Assembly: GCA_951406725.2 (NCBI GenBank)
Contig: OX597825.1
Span: forward strand, 76,756,001 to 76,820,000
Direction of reading: 5' to 3'
Length of the DNA stretch: 64,000 nt
From: Octopus vulgaris
Taxonomy: Eukaryota
Both the position numbers and the translations under genes were made by a program. Below, piece by piece: positions 1-13,424 of the stretch. The notes below the pieces were generated by a model that saw only the letters and a list, made by a program, of their open reading frames with translations, was not told the origin of the DNA and did no database searches. Every line of letters starts with the position of its first letter. The stretch's first letter is position 1.

Positions 1-84
1 ATTTGAACTCAGAATATAACGGCAGACGAAATACTGCTAAACATTTCGCCCGGCGTGCTAACGATTCTGCCAGCTCGCCGCCTT
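1..84 (-). mobile_element. tRNA-derived SINE family A, 5' head only (cut by window edge)
   Basis: Reverse complement reads aaggcggcgagctggcagaatcgttagcacgccgggcgaaatg...gagttcaaat (A/B-box-like); near-identical to the heads of the copies at 1641-1873 and 63376-63610. Confidence 0.9.
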
Positions 85-349
85 ATCTTGCACAAATAAT
101 TATAGCAATGATAATGTTGGTGACGATGTTGTGAGAACATGCTTTTGTCTAGTAGTGAACAAAGTTGAAGAATTTGCAGTTCTCTAATGAACCATACCAA
201 TCGAAACAAGAACCAGATCGATTCTACTTGTAGTTCTTTCCAAATGAATGGACCCAATCAATAACTGCTCCCTCCCGTACATCCTGCCATAATATTTCAA
301 GTGAAATTAAACCAAACTGATGGGTTAAACTATGGAACCTCTACATGGC

Positions 350-900
350 GATTCAACCTGTTTAAAATAGCAGATAAATCTCCATCAAGTTACAACCTAC
401 CGTCGAGAAAAGAGCAGGAAATAACGGACAACTGTAGTCGTTGAAGGTCAATATTCGAGAGAACTATGAGGTGGTCGGAGCTTGAACACCGTTGCTGTTA
501 GATCTGCTGGAACGAGTCTGACTTAGGCGGGAATTTAAAGAACAACAACAAAATAATCCAATGAAGTAGCTTTAAGTAGTTGCACGATCTATTGCAATAA
601 GCAGACGAACTCCGCTCAAATAGCATTTTACTCTCGTGTGTTGATGGTGCAATCCTTGAAGCGGATCCGCAAAGCTCGAGTGATTGATGAATTGGTCGCG
701 GCTGGAAAGCTTTTGGATAGAAATTTGCCGGACCAGGTCATACCTGTGGATAAAGGATTAACATCAACAGAAATAAGTCAACAAGGAACACATGTGCGCT
801 GTGAATAATAGCAAGCTAGAAATAGTAGCCAAATCACAAATCACAATCCGCTTTCTTGGAAAAGGAAAGGGCTCAGTGGAAAATTATGTTCCGGATGGAG
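350..900 (+). repeat. Decayed fragments of interspersed repeat family E (CAA-tailed, probably retroposed)
   Basis: Motifs gctagaaatagcagccaaatc and ggatggtc(a/g)..gctgg...tgacctgg.gctaaa(caa)n recur at ~4570-4900, 5205-5420, 31945-32100 (+) and ~25470-25600, 63780-63990 (-). Confidence 0.55.
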
Positions 901-902
901 AG

Positions 903-1036
903 ACTACTACTACTACTACTACCACCACCACCACCATCACCACCACTACTACTACTACCACCACCACTACCACCACCACCACCACTACCACTACCACTAC
1001 TACTACTACCACCACAACCACCACCATCACCACCAT

Positions 1037-1093
<57 letters not shown>

Positions 1094-1189
1094 AACCACC
1101 ACCACTACTACTACCACCACCACCACCACCACTACTACTACCACTACTACTACTACTACTACTACTGCAGCAGCAGTAGTAGAAATAAG

Positions 1190-1223
<34 letters not shown>

Positions 1224-1560
1224 ACAGCAGTAGCAACAACAAATGCATCCATAACAACAACAGTCACAACAGCTTCAGCATCAACAACAACAACATGAAG
1301 AAAGCAAAAAAAAAAGAGAAAAAACAACAGCGCTCAGTTAAGAAAAGCTACAGCGCCAATATCATCATCTGCAGCAACAACAACAACAACAGCAACAAGA
1401 ACGGTAACAACAAAAACGGCAGCACTAGTAGCAACAGCAACAGAGGAACCAGCAACAGAAGCAGCAGCAAAAAACAGCAGCAGCAAACGCAGCAGCAGCA
1501 ACGACAGTGTTATTAGTTACAATAGCAGCGACAACAACTGCAACACCAGCAACAGGCAAT
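903..1560. repeat. Compound trinucleotide microsatellite (ACT)n/(ACC)n/(GCA)n/(ACA)n
   Basis: Directly visible; source of the poly-T/poly-V/poly-P ORFs. Confidence 0.97.
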
Positions 1561-1640
1561 AATAAAGAAATAAACAAAATAGGCGGCTGTGAGGTGTGGG
1601 GAGGGGGTGGGGGTGGATTGTTCCCCAATTATTTGGTAAT

Positions 1641-1873
1641 TATTTCTTTACTACCCACCAAGGGCTAAACACAGAGAGGACAAACAAGGACAGACAGACG
1701 GATTAAGTCGATTATATCGACCGCAGTGCGTAACTGGTACTTAATTTATCGACCCTGAAAGGATGAAAGGCAAAGTTGACCTCGGCGGAATTTGAACTCA
1801 GAACGTTGCGGCAGACGAAATACGGCTACGCATTTCGCCCGGTGTGCTAACGTTTCTGCCAGCTCGTCGCCTT
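1641..1873 (-). mobile_element. Full-length SINE family A (Nin-domain-like core) with 14-bp TSD
   Basis: tRNA-like head plus gcctttcatcctttc.gggtcgataaa..aagtaccag core; flanked by aattatttggtaat at 1627-1640 and 1877-1890. Confidence 0.93.
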
Positions 1874-2007
1874 CCGAATTATTTGGTAATGTCGATAACC
1901 TGGTTCGGTTTTGAATAAATGAAAAATTTGGCGAATTAAAGCGAAATCAGGAATCTAAAAATAGCAACAGAAGAAGAGTTCAACGTTTTACAAGCTGGTG
2001 TTGTGTC

Positions 2008-2261
2008 GTTGCCATGGATATTGGTTGGATTCGAAGTCATGAATAGATAATTATCCATCTACCCGTCCTTCTTCTCTACCGATTATTCGAGGGAGGGTCC
2101 GCGGAGTTCCTCAGGTACTTCGGCACGTTTTCCAAAGGGTCGCATCAGAAGCAATCGTCATTTGACTTTCCGACTGGATTTCGAAGTGTGACCGGCTGAA
2201 ACCATGGATTTTATTCTGCCATGTCGTTTTGGCTTACTCGTAGGTCTCTTGCTGATTGGTT
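2008..2261. promoter_or_regulatory. Candidate cis-regulatory segment (RFX X-box-like site plus CCAAT box)
   Basis: GTTGCCATGGATAT at 2008-2021; CTGATTGGTT (reverse AACCAATCAG) at 2252-2261; in non-repetitive, CpG-containing sequence. Confidence 0.3.
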
Positions 2262-2319
2262 CCGCTTCAAGGGAGAATCCGCTTTGCGATTCTTTTCTGC
2301 ATCCTCCAAGGAAAAATAG
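2211..2319 (-). CDS. Possible short terminal exon of an unidentified gene (YFSLEDAEKNRKADSPLKRNQSARDLRVSQNDMAE*)
   Basis: Minus-strand acceptor-like ...caaatttattcag| followed by an open, protein-like frame ending in TAA; no recognisable homology. Confidence 0.2.
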
Positions 2320-2346
2320 CTGAATAAATTTGAAAATGACGAAACA

Positions 2347-2428
<82 letters not shown>

Positions 2429-4184
2429 ACACATACATACACACACACACGCATACACACAAACACACACACACACATAGACGAATCAAAACAGCAACGA
2501 AAGTCTCCCAATATTTTTTCTTTTTAAAGAAAGGAAGAAAAAGGAAATAAGTTATTTTGGGGTCATTCTTGTATGGAATGAAGCATCGCATGAGATATGT
2601 TGAAATTAGGGACAATGGCATCATAGAAGAAACTGGATAAACATTTAAAACACGCAAAATTACCCATTCATGTATGTATGTACGTATGTATGTATACATG
2701 CACGTACGTATGTATGTATGTATGTATGTATGTATGTATGTATGTATGTATGTATGTATGTATGTATGTATGTATGTATGTATGTATGTATGTAGGTAGG
2801 TAGATAGGTAGGTACATCACGTACGCACGCGTTTATGCATATATTTATATATGAAAGTACTTAGTAAAATCAACAGCCATCCAATAGATGAGCATGAAAG
2901 ACCCCTATTTTTAGGGGATAGGGTTTTCGAAATTACGAAGCCAGAAATCTTGCTCTTTGCTTGTATCTGGACCACTTGACTTTGTAGGTTAGAATCTTAG
3001 CGATGTTTTGAAACCTGTTACTGACTTTAAAATTTCAGTACAAGCATTATTGATAGACTTTGTCTTTAACATTTAACGTAAGATAATTTGTCTGTGGTGG
3101 TCTTACGCATTTACAAGCTGACAACCTCCATGTATGTATGCGTGTGTGCGTATATCTGTATCTGTGCATGTATGCGTATGTGTGTGTATGTGTGTGTGTG
3201 TAACTGTGTGCATGTATATATGTAACCATTTATATCTATATCTATATGCACGTATGTATCAATCAATCTTTCTATCTCTCTCTCTCTCCACCTGTCTGTG
3301 TGTCTGTCTGTCAATCTTCCTATCCGTTTATGTACCACTATATTCATTTCTGTTTTATTTCGTGATAGTAGCCATTCGGTTAGAGCGAACCTTCAAATCT
3401 TCATGTTTAATACTATCCTTGCAAATGCCATCGTAGGATATATTGTTCACACTTGGGCGGTGACGATAATTTACGGGCAACCAACTTCCATCGCCCATCT
3501 TAGGAACTGTTCCATACCAATCTCAGTAGTGTCGAGTAACTGTCAAGAATGACATCAGGAATGCCTTTCGTCTCTCGGATAACGCAAGGAAGAGGATTAC
3601 ATAACATAAAAGCCATACATTTCGACGTACATCTGGTCAGTAAAGTATATAAAAAAAAAGCAAGAAAGAAAAGAAAGATCGCATTAAAATATTTTTATTC
3701 AAAGAGTCAGTACCAGCTGGCTGAAAAATAGCTATGAATTGGCAGTTTTAATCCATTTTCTAGCAGACTGTGAGCAGTCGTGAAGAATCAATGTGTTGGA
3801 ATTAAAGAACCTCTTTGATGTTTCCCAAACATGAGAAGCATAATAATTGCATCAGCTAATGACTAGAAGTTATGATGTATATATTTTCGAAACCATCTTA
3901 ATGCAGGAACACTCTCTGTCGTCTAGCTTCCAAATAACATCATCTGAGCTATGGAACATCTCCACGCAATGTAATGAGAAGAGAGACTGCTGGAAATAAC
4001 AGCAACATTTATTCCTATTTATTTCATTTAATGGAAAGGAAGGATACATAAAATGATATCGTCTGAGATACCTGGGGATTTTAATAAAGGATGGGATTGT
4101 CATGGCTAGAATGTCTTTGATCATACGTCTGCTCAACTGTGATTGAATCTATCTACATTAAATAATGTAGGCTTAGATTCAATC

Positions 4185-4530
4185 TTTTTTATCTGTTATT
4201 TGTGTCAGCCATTGGACTGTGGCCATACTGGGGCATCGCCTTGAAGTGTTTAGCCAAACAAACCAGCTGCAGTAATATTATATCAGTCTCTTGTCGAACA
4301 GCTTAGTCACGGGGTCGTAAACAAACCAGCACCGGCTGTCAAGCAGTGGTGAAGGTAGGGACAAACACAAGCGCGAAGATACACACACACACTCATATGA
4401 CGCGCTTCCACACAGTTTCCATGAAACAAATTTACTCACAAGACATTGGATGGCTATAGTAGAAGGACTTGCCTAAGGTGTCGCATAGTCGGCATGAATC
4501 TAAAGCCACGTGCTTCCAAAGCGAGCTTCT
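4185..4530 (-). mobile_element. SINE family B (CORE-like), diverged
   Basis: Similar along its length to the reverse complement of 47833-48257. Confidence 0.8.
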
Positions 4531-5466
4531 TAACCCCATAGCCGTTCCTCTATGTGTATGAATAACAGACGGGATGGTCGTGGCTGGATCGGATCTGTTT
4601 GAGGTTACAGAATTGCCACTTCAGCGACAACAGCATCGGCAACAACAAAAGTAATGCGTTAAATAGTGCGGTCCTCGGTACATTGCGTCTGAATAAAAGA
4701 CGGAAAGGTCATGGCGAGATTGACTTTGATTATAGGTCCGCTCAATTCGAACTGACCTGGAGCTAAATAGCAGCGACAACAACTAAATATGCTTTGAATA
4801 AAGAGACCTTAGATACACTATGAGTCGACATAAGAGAGGATGGTCACGGCGGGAAAACTTTTGATCATAGATCTGCAGTATCGCATTTGACATACAAGCC
4901 CCAGTGCCACCATCACTGCGAGTGGTACCTTCCTCCTCCTCCTCCTCCTCCTCCTCCTCCTCTCCTCCTCCCTCCTCCTCCTCCTCCTCCTCCTCCTCCT
5001 CTCCTCCTCCTCCTCTCCTCCTCCTCGTAATCATCAGTAGCAGCAGCAGTAGCAGTATTGCTACTACCACTACCACTGCTACCATTACAATCATCACCTA
5101 CCACACACAATCATAACTACCAATGTCGCCGCCACCGCTGCCGCAACCACCAATACTACTATACTCTGGAACCACAGAGTCAACTTGGGATGCTGTCCGT
5201 CGACGCTGGGTGTGCTAGAAGCAGCAAGCAAATCTGTTACAAGTCTCCCTCAAATCATGTGTTGTTTTTGAAATACACATTTGTGACATATTAGATAAGA
5301 AAAACAAGAACAAAAAAAAAACACACGCAAATGAAAATAGAACAAAACATGGAAGACGCCATAAAATGTATTGAATATCCTTGATCATTGTTCTGCTTGA
5401 TCAGGACTGACCTGGGGTTAAACATTAGTAATACAAACAAGAACAATAGAACATATTTCTCTCTCT

Positions 5467-5525
<59 letters not shown>

Positions 5526-5572
5526 TAAATAAATAAATGGAGTTGAGCGAAGATGTTAATAAAATTCCTTTA

Positions 5573-5654
5573 CTTTCGACATATGTTTCGAAGACAACAT
5601 GGTTTTATTCCAAAGGAATAAACGGTGTAAGATGCAATCTTCTCATCAGGAAAG
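5573..5654 (-). ncRNA. Minimal type-I hammerhead ribozyme, complete core, 43-nt loop II insert
   Basis: Minus strand: CUUUC-CUGAUGA-GAAGA-[43 nt]-UCUUC-GAAAC-AUAU-GUC^GAAAG. Stem I 5/5 bp, stem II 5/5 bp, palindromic short stem III (ACAUAUGU). Predicted cleavage between 5578 and 5577. Confidence 0.85.
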
Positions 5655-5720
5655 AAAGGGAGCCTCTCTCAACAACAAGACATCTTACACCGTTTATTCC
5701 TTTGGAATAAAACCATGTTG
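5595..5720. repeat. Perfect 40-bp inverted repeat with 46-bp spacer
   Basis: 5595-5634 caacatggttttattccaaaggaataaacggtgtaagatg is the exact reverse complement of 5681-5720. Confidence 0.95.
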
Positions 5721-5753
5721 ATGGTAAACATAGGATAATTCATTCATCCATCG

Positions 5754-5787
<34 letters not shown>

Positions 5788-5866
5788 ATAGTAATGGTAA
5801 GATAACAAAAGAATGAATGAAATCTCGATATTATGTAAATAGAGGAATTTATCTGTGATTGCCTAG

Positions 5867-5925
5867 ATAACAGACGAGATGCCGGACCAGTTTTCCTCCC
5901 CGACATCCGAAACTCGGAGTCTTAT
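5867..5925 (+). ncRNA. Hammerhead ribozyme motif, core mutated (CAGACGA)
   Basis: AUAA-CAGACGA-GAUGCCGG-[14 nt]-CCGACAUC-C-GAAACU-CGG-AGUC^UUAU. Stem I 4/4, stem II 7/8, stem III 3 bp; the U4A substitution probably inactivates it. Confidence 0.7.
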
Positions 5926-5998
5926 TATGGCAACCGAATAATTGTCACATATATTATATTATGTTATATTACATTACATTATATTATATTATATTTGT

Positions 5999-6047
<49 letters not shown>

Positions 6048-6244
6048 ATATATATATACGTATATATACAGATATATACATATATATACATGTATATATA
6101 TATACATATATGTATATATATACATATATATACATATATAATACATACATACACACACACACATATATATATACACAGGCACACAGACAAACACAGTGTG
6201 AAACACTGTGTATCATAACACATATATATCATTACATATATGTG

Positions 6245-6293
<49 letters not shown>

Positions 6294-6404
6294 GCATATA
6301 TGCAAACACACACACACATATATATATGATTGTACGTATGCTTATGTAACGAAATCGAATTTAATTAGAACGATGATGGTTCTAAACTAGCAACACACAC
6401 ACAC

Positions 6405-6463
<59 letters not shown>

Positions 6464-7291
6464 GAGTCAAAGACAAATGGCAACAACCAAAATTACTCAA
6501 TGCTGGTCAGTCGACGGAGCAATCATGTGTGAAGAAAAATTTTATAGAAAAGAACCATCCCGAAACTTAACGAGGAAGCCTTTGAAAAACTTAAACAACG
6601 ACTGACGTGTCCGAATCAACTATTTTATACCCCAAAAGAAAGAAAATTCTCAACATGCAAAAAATTAAAGAAGGAAACAAATAAATAAAGCATAAAAATA
6701 AATATGAAAAATGAAAGACAAAAAAAAAACTGAAATAAAATCTACTGACGGCATTTCCCTCATGAACTAGATAGTTCAATAGATTTTTGTTTGAGAGAAT
6801 ATATAATCAATGATTAAGAGCATTTTTTGGATCACAAGACAAAAGTTGGTTGCCACCATCCCAGGTCAGTGCAAGATAGACATGTTAAATTGCATCTTAT
6901 CAAGAGGCCAGGGAACAGCAACAAAACACTGCAGACCGATTATTATCGTATTTTATTTTTATATATTTATTTCTTTATTTTGTTATGTTTTAGTAGAGAA
7001 TCTGGCAATATTAACTTTGAAGGAATATATTCCGGTTAAAAGATCTCAAGATAAGATCTCGTGAGATCTCGTGCGAAGTCTCATAAGGAGAGATTGTCTG
7101 CGCACAGAAAGAAAAAAATATAATAGCATAAAAATAGGTGTAGATCTGTGGTTTGCTCCCAACTACAGAGTTTCGTGGCCAGTTCCACTGAGTGGCCCCT
7201 TGGTACATTGGATACTGTCTTCTATTATACCTTTGGACCGACCAACGCGTAGCGAGTGAATTTGAAAGAGCTGAAAGAAACCCGTCGTGTC

Positions 7292-7409
<118 letters not shown>

Positions 7410-7715
7410 CCTATCTAACACGCACACATATGCCTAACTGTCAGACTGCATTAGCAGTCTGACAGGCGTTTAACAAAACCAAGTGCTCCAATAATTATTG
7501 GTATAAATATAAATTTGTATGTATGTATGTATATATCCAAAACAAGTTTTAATTAAATCTTCAGTGTAGGTTTTATTCATTTAATACATGCTTCATTTTG
7601 ATGCCTCACGTTCCACTTTCGAGTAAAAGATATGCTAAACTTAAACTAAATCCATTTATACTTTTATGGGTGAAATAAATATCAGAGATGCTTCGCCTCA
7701 CGCAGAAACTGTGGG

Positions 7716-7986
<271 letters not shown>

Positions 7987-8082
7987 TGCATATCTACACA
8001 CGAACCCAAAGCAATCCCTTTATCTACCAACCAGCCTTCCAACATACCTTTCTGCCTATAGTCCTGTCCACACCTTAGTGCA

Positions 8083-8115
<33 letters not shown>

Positions 8116-8647
8116 GTCTGTCTGTCTGTCGAACTAATTATCCATCTATCTCTTTCGTCCTAAGCGGAAGGAAGGAAGGAAAGCAGCTGACGGCCACTTT
8201 ACATCTGCACGTGTTGACGTCATGGTCGAGCCAGTTGCTAGGCATGGCACTAAAGTATTTAATATCTAAAAAGGATAATGGCTTTCAATGACGAAACGAA
8301 AGCAGGATTTTGTCTTCCAATTTCACCATCCCTGTACAGGAAGCCACCGTAGAAATAGTCAGACTTTTCTGCTTCATCTTTCACAGATTACTGTCCGTGA
8401 TTGTGGACATGGTGCGGGGACACTTCATTGGAATGCTCTTATGTGTGTGTATGTGCGCGAGCGACGTATCTGTGTGTGTGTGTGTGTGTGTGTGTGTACG
8501 TATATGTGCATACATACTTTCACACACACACACACAGATATATATGTGTAATATATGTACACATAATTATAGCACACATGCACACACACGCATGTATATG
8601 AATATATACATGTGTGTGTGTATTCATGTATGTGTGTTTATAAACAC

Positions 8648-8747
<100 letters not shown>

Positions 8748-9281
8748 TATATACACACGTAATTATGGCACACATGCATAGAAATATATGTATATATACA
8801 CATGCATATACAAGTGTGTGTACATGTGTCTGTGTGTGTGTGTGTATGTATCATGATATGTGCGCACATTGAATATCGATTAAGCTGATTGTCGAGACCA
8901 GGCCATTGGAGAACATAAAATATAAAAAAATATAAAAATGGAGCAAAAGGAAACAAGAAAAATAAAAAAAAAGAAACGAAACAGCAGAAGCGAGAGTCAT
9001 GTAAATAAATGACCATCCGAATAGACACTTGTTTCTAGAAGAATACTCCCCCCTACACACATACATATGCACAAAGAAAAAAAAGAAATATATATATAAA
9101 TAACATAGATGACGAAAAAAAAAGAGTAAAATACAGTAAAAGCAGAAAAATAAAGATGGTAGAAAAGAAAAAGAGGGGACAGCAAGATGGACACCACCAT
9201 AACGATGACGACGTGAAGGATACACGACTACCACCGCCATTACTAGAATCACAAACGAAAATAAAAATAGCAATAATAATG

Positions 9282-9312
<31 letters not shown>

Positions 9313-9336
9313 TAATAATAACAATAATAATAACAA

Positions 9337-9367
<31 letters not shown>

Positions 9368-10032
9368 AGTAATAATAATAACAACTACAATAATAATAAT
9401 AATAATAACAACAACAACAACAACAATGACAACAACAACGACAGCCGCAATAACAACAGCAGCAGCAGCAGCAGTAGCAGCAGTAGCAACTAGAAAATCA
9501 GCTCAGCAGGCGATGTAGGAATCGGACTGAGAATTACTTAGATGATGGCGAGATAATAGTTTTGAAAAGGGGGATATTTAGAAAGCCATGAAAAGACTTA
9601 GAGCAAGAAAAAGGAGATTGTTGCGATGGAAATAAGTTATTCAACGACGCCATTTTCGTTGAAAAGATGGCGCTAAAAGACTTTACTGTTCACTCATTAA
9701 GGAATAGTTTTTGTAGATTTTGTTGTTGTTCAATTTATTGTAATATTGTCATTACCGTTTCAGAGAGTTCATTTTATTATTTCTTAAATGGTGAAATAAC
9801 ACTGTATAAAGCTATAGAATCTGTTAGCACTAGAGTTATGTATGTGTGTGTGTTTGTTTGTGCGTGTGTGTGCATATGTGTGAGCGCGTGAGAGTGTGTG
9901 TCTGTTAGTGTCTATGTGTAAATGTACATTTATATATGTGTGTATATGTACGTGTGTATGCACACATACAGTTGTATATGCCTAATGATGTTTATATGCA
10001 TATGTGTGCCACACACGCATCCGTGGCATACG

Positions 10033-10085
<53 letters not shown>

Positions 10086-10849
10086 TTGTGTGTGTGTGTA
10101 TACATGTATGCATACATGTTTATTTGCATGTATATATTCTCATATACATGCACACGCATATATGTACGAATAATGGCATACATATGTTTGAGCATGTGTA
10201 TGCGAATGTCGCGTATATATATGTGTGTGTGTATGCATATATGTATGTATATACATATATAATTGTAATTATAAAATGCATTAACGTATCTTTATGTACA
10301 TGTACTTTTACCTTTCCCCAGCAGACAAACACACGCACATTCGCGCGCATGTACACACACACACACACACAGACACAGACACAGACACACACACACACTG
10401 GTTTCCCCAGTCCTAATCATTATTCGACGTTTTCTCTTTAAGATTAAGACTATCCGACTCGCTGTTTGCAACCTGATTTCTCGCCTTCATTTCCGTAAAG
10501 ATGACACGCTATATAGGTCCATAGTTACTGCCCCTAAAGGAAACCTCACCCTACACATTCTCCCCTGCTTCTAACCCATCTTGCTACTATACTATGCCTA
10601 ACTTATCCATGGTATGGAATTACAAATGGTAACTGTGGATAATCCGCATGCAACTATTGTTTTTTTTCTTATCATCAACGTGACCCGTGATCCAATAGAT
10701 ATACAGTTAAAGGGATTCCAATTATGACCATCAAGACAGTTATCCACATATATCTACTGTATGATTGTGAAGAATATGCGTTGTGTTGCTATTGTTGTTG
10801 GCATTAAAAGCAAGGTCCTAAAAGCTCAGCTTGGATGGAGCGACCATGT

Positions 10850-11190
10850 GATCCACATGGATCTACCCAGGATGGCGCAACATTTATTCCATGAGTAACT
10901 GGAGAGGGTCAGTGGTTCCGAGGTCACCCAGCATCATGCTCAGACTAAAGTAGGACAAACCCCTGTTCCGCGATCTCTAACGTAATGCAGCTGACCGGCC
11001 CTAATGGTACAATCTATGCTCTAAGGCAAAACACAAATTCCACGCAAACTGGAGTATTCTAGCACCGCAGAGCAAGTCACGATAGATCAAGCAGTGTTCC
11101 TTGCCCAACTAGCGACTGCTATCCATGCGTCTGACTTTAGCCTTCGAAATGACACGAACACACTCGTCTTTGTCGGACTCCAGCAACTGC
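10850..11190 (+). mobile_element. Possible decayed RTE-type LINE 3' end
   Basis: Translation near 10985-11020 gives NAADRP*WYNLC, resembling the AxDRxxW motif at the C-terminus of RTE ORFs; interrupted by stops. Confidence 0.35.
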
Positions 11191-11208
11191 CTAGAAGATA
11201 TCTATCTA

Positions 11209-11270
<62 letters not shown>

Positions 11271-11913
11271 CCTGTCTGTCTGTCAGTCTGTCTGTCTGTC
11301 TGTCTGTCTGTCAGATTGCCTGCCCATCTTTCTATAAAGTAAAGGAATAGGAATTTGGAATCCGGACAGGTACCTTATTAGCACGCTGATTCAATCCGGA
11401 TATGGCTAACTACATTGAATGATAGGAAACATACAGAATTGTTTAAGATAAACAATTGTATGGTACTCCACTGAATAGGTAAATCCTGACCTCAACCCTC
11501 CGCATTGCATACGACATGGAGTTTATAATCAAGACATCATAAAGACATCGAACTATACTTCTCCAAAATTTGTTTATTACGGTATTATTTCAATTAAATT
11601 CCAATCCGGCGCCGGTCTCTGCTGGCTAAGTGTCCTGGTGGCCTTTCATGTAGCGTTTATATGCATTTAGTTGATTCGCTTCCAGTACATATTCATCCAA
11701 GGCAAAAATCCTTATGCAGCTTTCCTCAAGGTTTTAGCCATGTGGGTGTGGCTGAAGCTTCATCTCTCTCTCTACCCACATACAGAGACTGAAAATCTCA
11801 TGTTTTGACAGATAATGATTTTACGAACACTATTTTTCAGTATTTTTCATATTGTAACACCGGAATATGTAAATGTACTTCGAGCAAGGATACAGCTTGG
11901 ATTATAACTCTAC

Positions 11914-11969
<56 letters not shown>

Positions 11970-12124
11970 GTATGAACAGTTGTATGTATGTATGTATGTA
12001 TGTATGTATGTATGTATGTATGTATGTGTGTGTGTATGTATATATATATACATATATATGTATATGCATGTATATATATATATATAGATACATAGAAATG
12101 TACATATACATATACATACATACG

Positions 12125-12214
<90 letters not shown>

Positions 12215-12239
12215 AATATATATATGTTCGATGTGTTTC

Positions 12240-12375
12240 CCTATAGTTTCCGTCTAAAAATTCAATCACAGTAGAAGGCACTAATCAGTCGGGGCCCAGC
12301 GTAGAAGCACTTGATCAAGATATTGCGCAGTGGGACTGAACTCCAAACCATGTACTTGCAAGGGAAATACTTGAG
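12240..12375 (-). mobile_element. SINE family B 5' half, diverged
   Basis: gcgcagtgggactgaactc..aaccatgt matches the reverse complement of the family B head. Confidence 0.7.
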
Positions 12376-12916
12376 CATCCGCCCAGAAGGCAGCTCCACC
12401 TGTTTCACCGTCTTTTCAGTGAAATGTTCTCAGCCGATAACGATCGGCTTATTGATTCCAATTCCTTGTCTATCTATTGATATTACAACGAAATGGCCAA
12501 TAAAAATAGGAGATTGACCGGCAATGAAACGCAATTGGGTGATAAAATAGGTTTCTGCTCTCATCATTAGTAGACAAGGTAGCTATATATATATAAATAT
12601 AACAAAAAGGTCAAAACTTAGCCAGAAGAGTGACATGAACAGGAACTGCAACAACGAGACAAGAAAATGACTGATAACAAAAGGCATAGCAACAAGATTG
12701 CGAACTAGAACATGAGGCCCACCAGTAATATAGATCATGTGAATCATACACACATAATGATGTTCAATAATATCGTGGATGTATAAAGTTAGGGAAATGA
12801 AGACAATATTCGATGAAATCATTGCACGCAATGAATTTTATAGTTGTAGAGAAACAACCATCACACATACATATGTACATACATACGTACATACGTACAT
12901 ATATACATAAATTTAT

Positions 12917-12968
<52 letters not shown>

Positions 12969-12969
<1 letters not shown>

Positions 12970-13368
12970 ATTATTATTTGAGGGAATAGAATCCAAACTT
13001 ACAAGGAAAAAAATTCAATTTAGAAATGCTAAATCAAATTTCACACAATATAATATATATATAAAAAAAATTGAAAAAAAACCCCACCTTTTATCAATTC
13101 TAAATGAACAATTAAATTACACCATCTAGAAAATTACATATAATAGAAATATTAAAATTAAAAAACAATAAAATGTCAATGATTAAGTAAATTGCAAAAA
13201 ATAATAGTAAAAACGTATATAATAGCTAGAATAACGACACGTGTTTCGTGGCTATATTTAAGAAATGATTATAGTAATAGAGAAATCACTTGGATATAAA
13301 TATAAATATAGTCACTCATCAGGTTAAAAATAAACTAGAACAATAAAATAATTAATTAATGAATATAC

Positions 13369-13372
<4 letters not shown>
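12969..13372 (-). mobile_element. AT-rich non-coding hammerhead-bearing element between microsatellites (probable non-autonomous PLE terminus)
   Basis: Contains the HHR at 13232-13326; its minus-strand 3' end (tgtgaaatttgattta...tgtaagtttgga...ccct) is homologous to 47720-47790. Confidence 0.7.
13232..13326 (-). ncRNA. Minimal type-I hammerhead ribozyme, complete core, long stem II
   Basis: Minus strand: UAAC-CUGAUGA-GUGACUAUAUUUA-[42 nt]-UAAAUAUAGCCAC-GAAAC-ACGU-GUC^GUUA. Stem I 4/4, stem II 12/13, palindromic stem III (ACACGUGU). Confidence 0.9.

Positions 13373-13424
<52 letters not shown>

Noticed and set aside
3870-4136. 88-aa non-repetitive ORF
   Set aside because: Overlaps family E repeat motifs (gctgttatttccagcag, catggctagaatgtctttgatcata); no recognisable domain.
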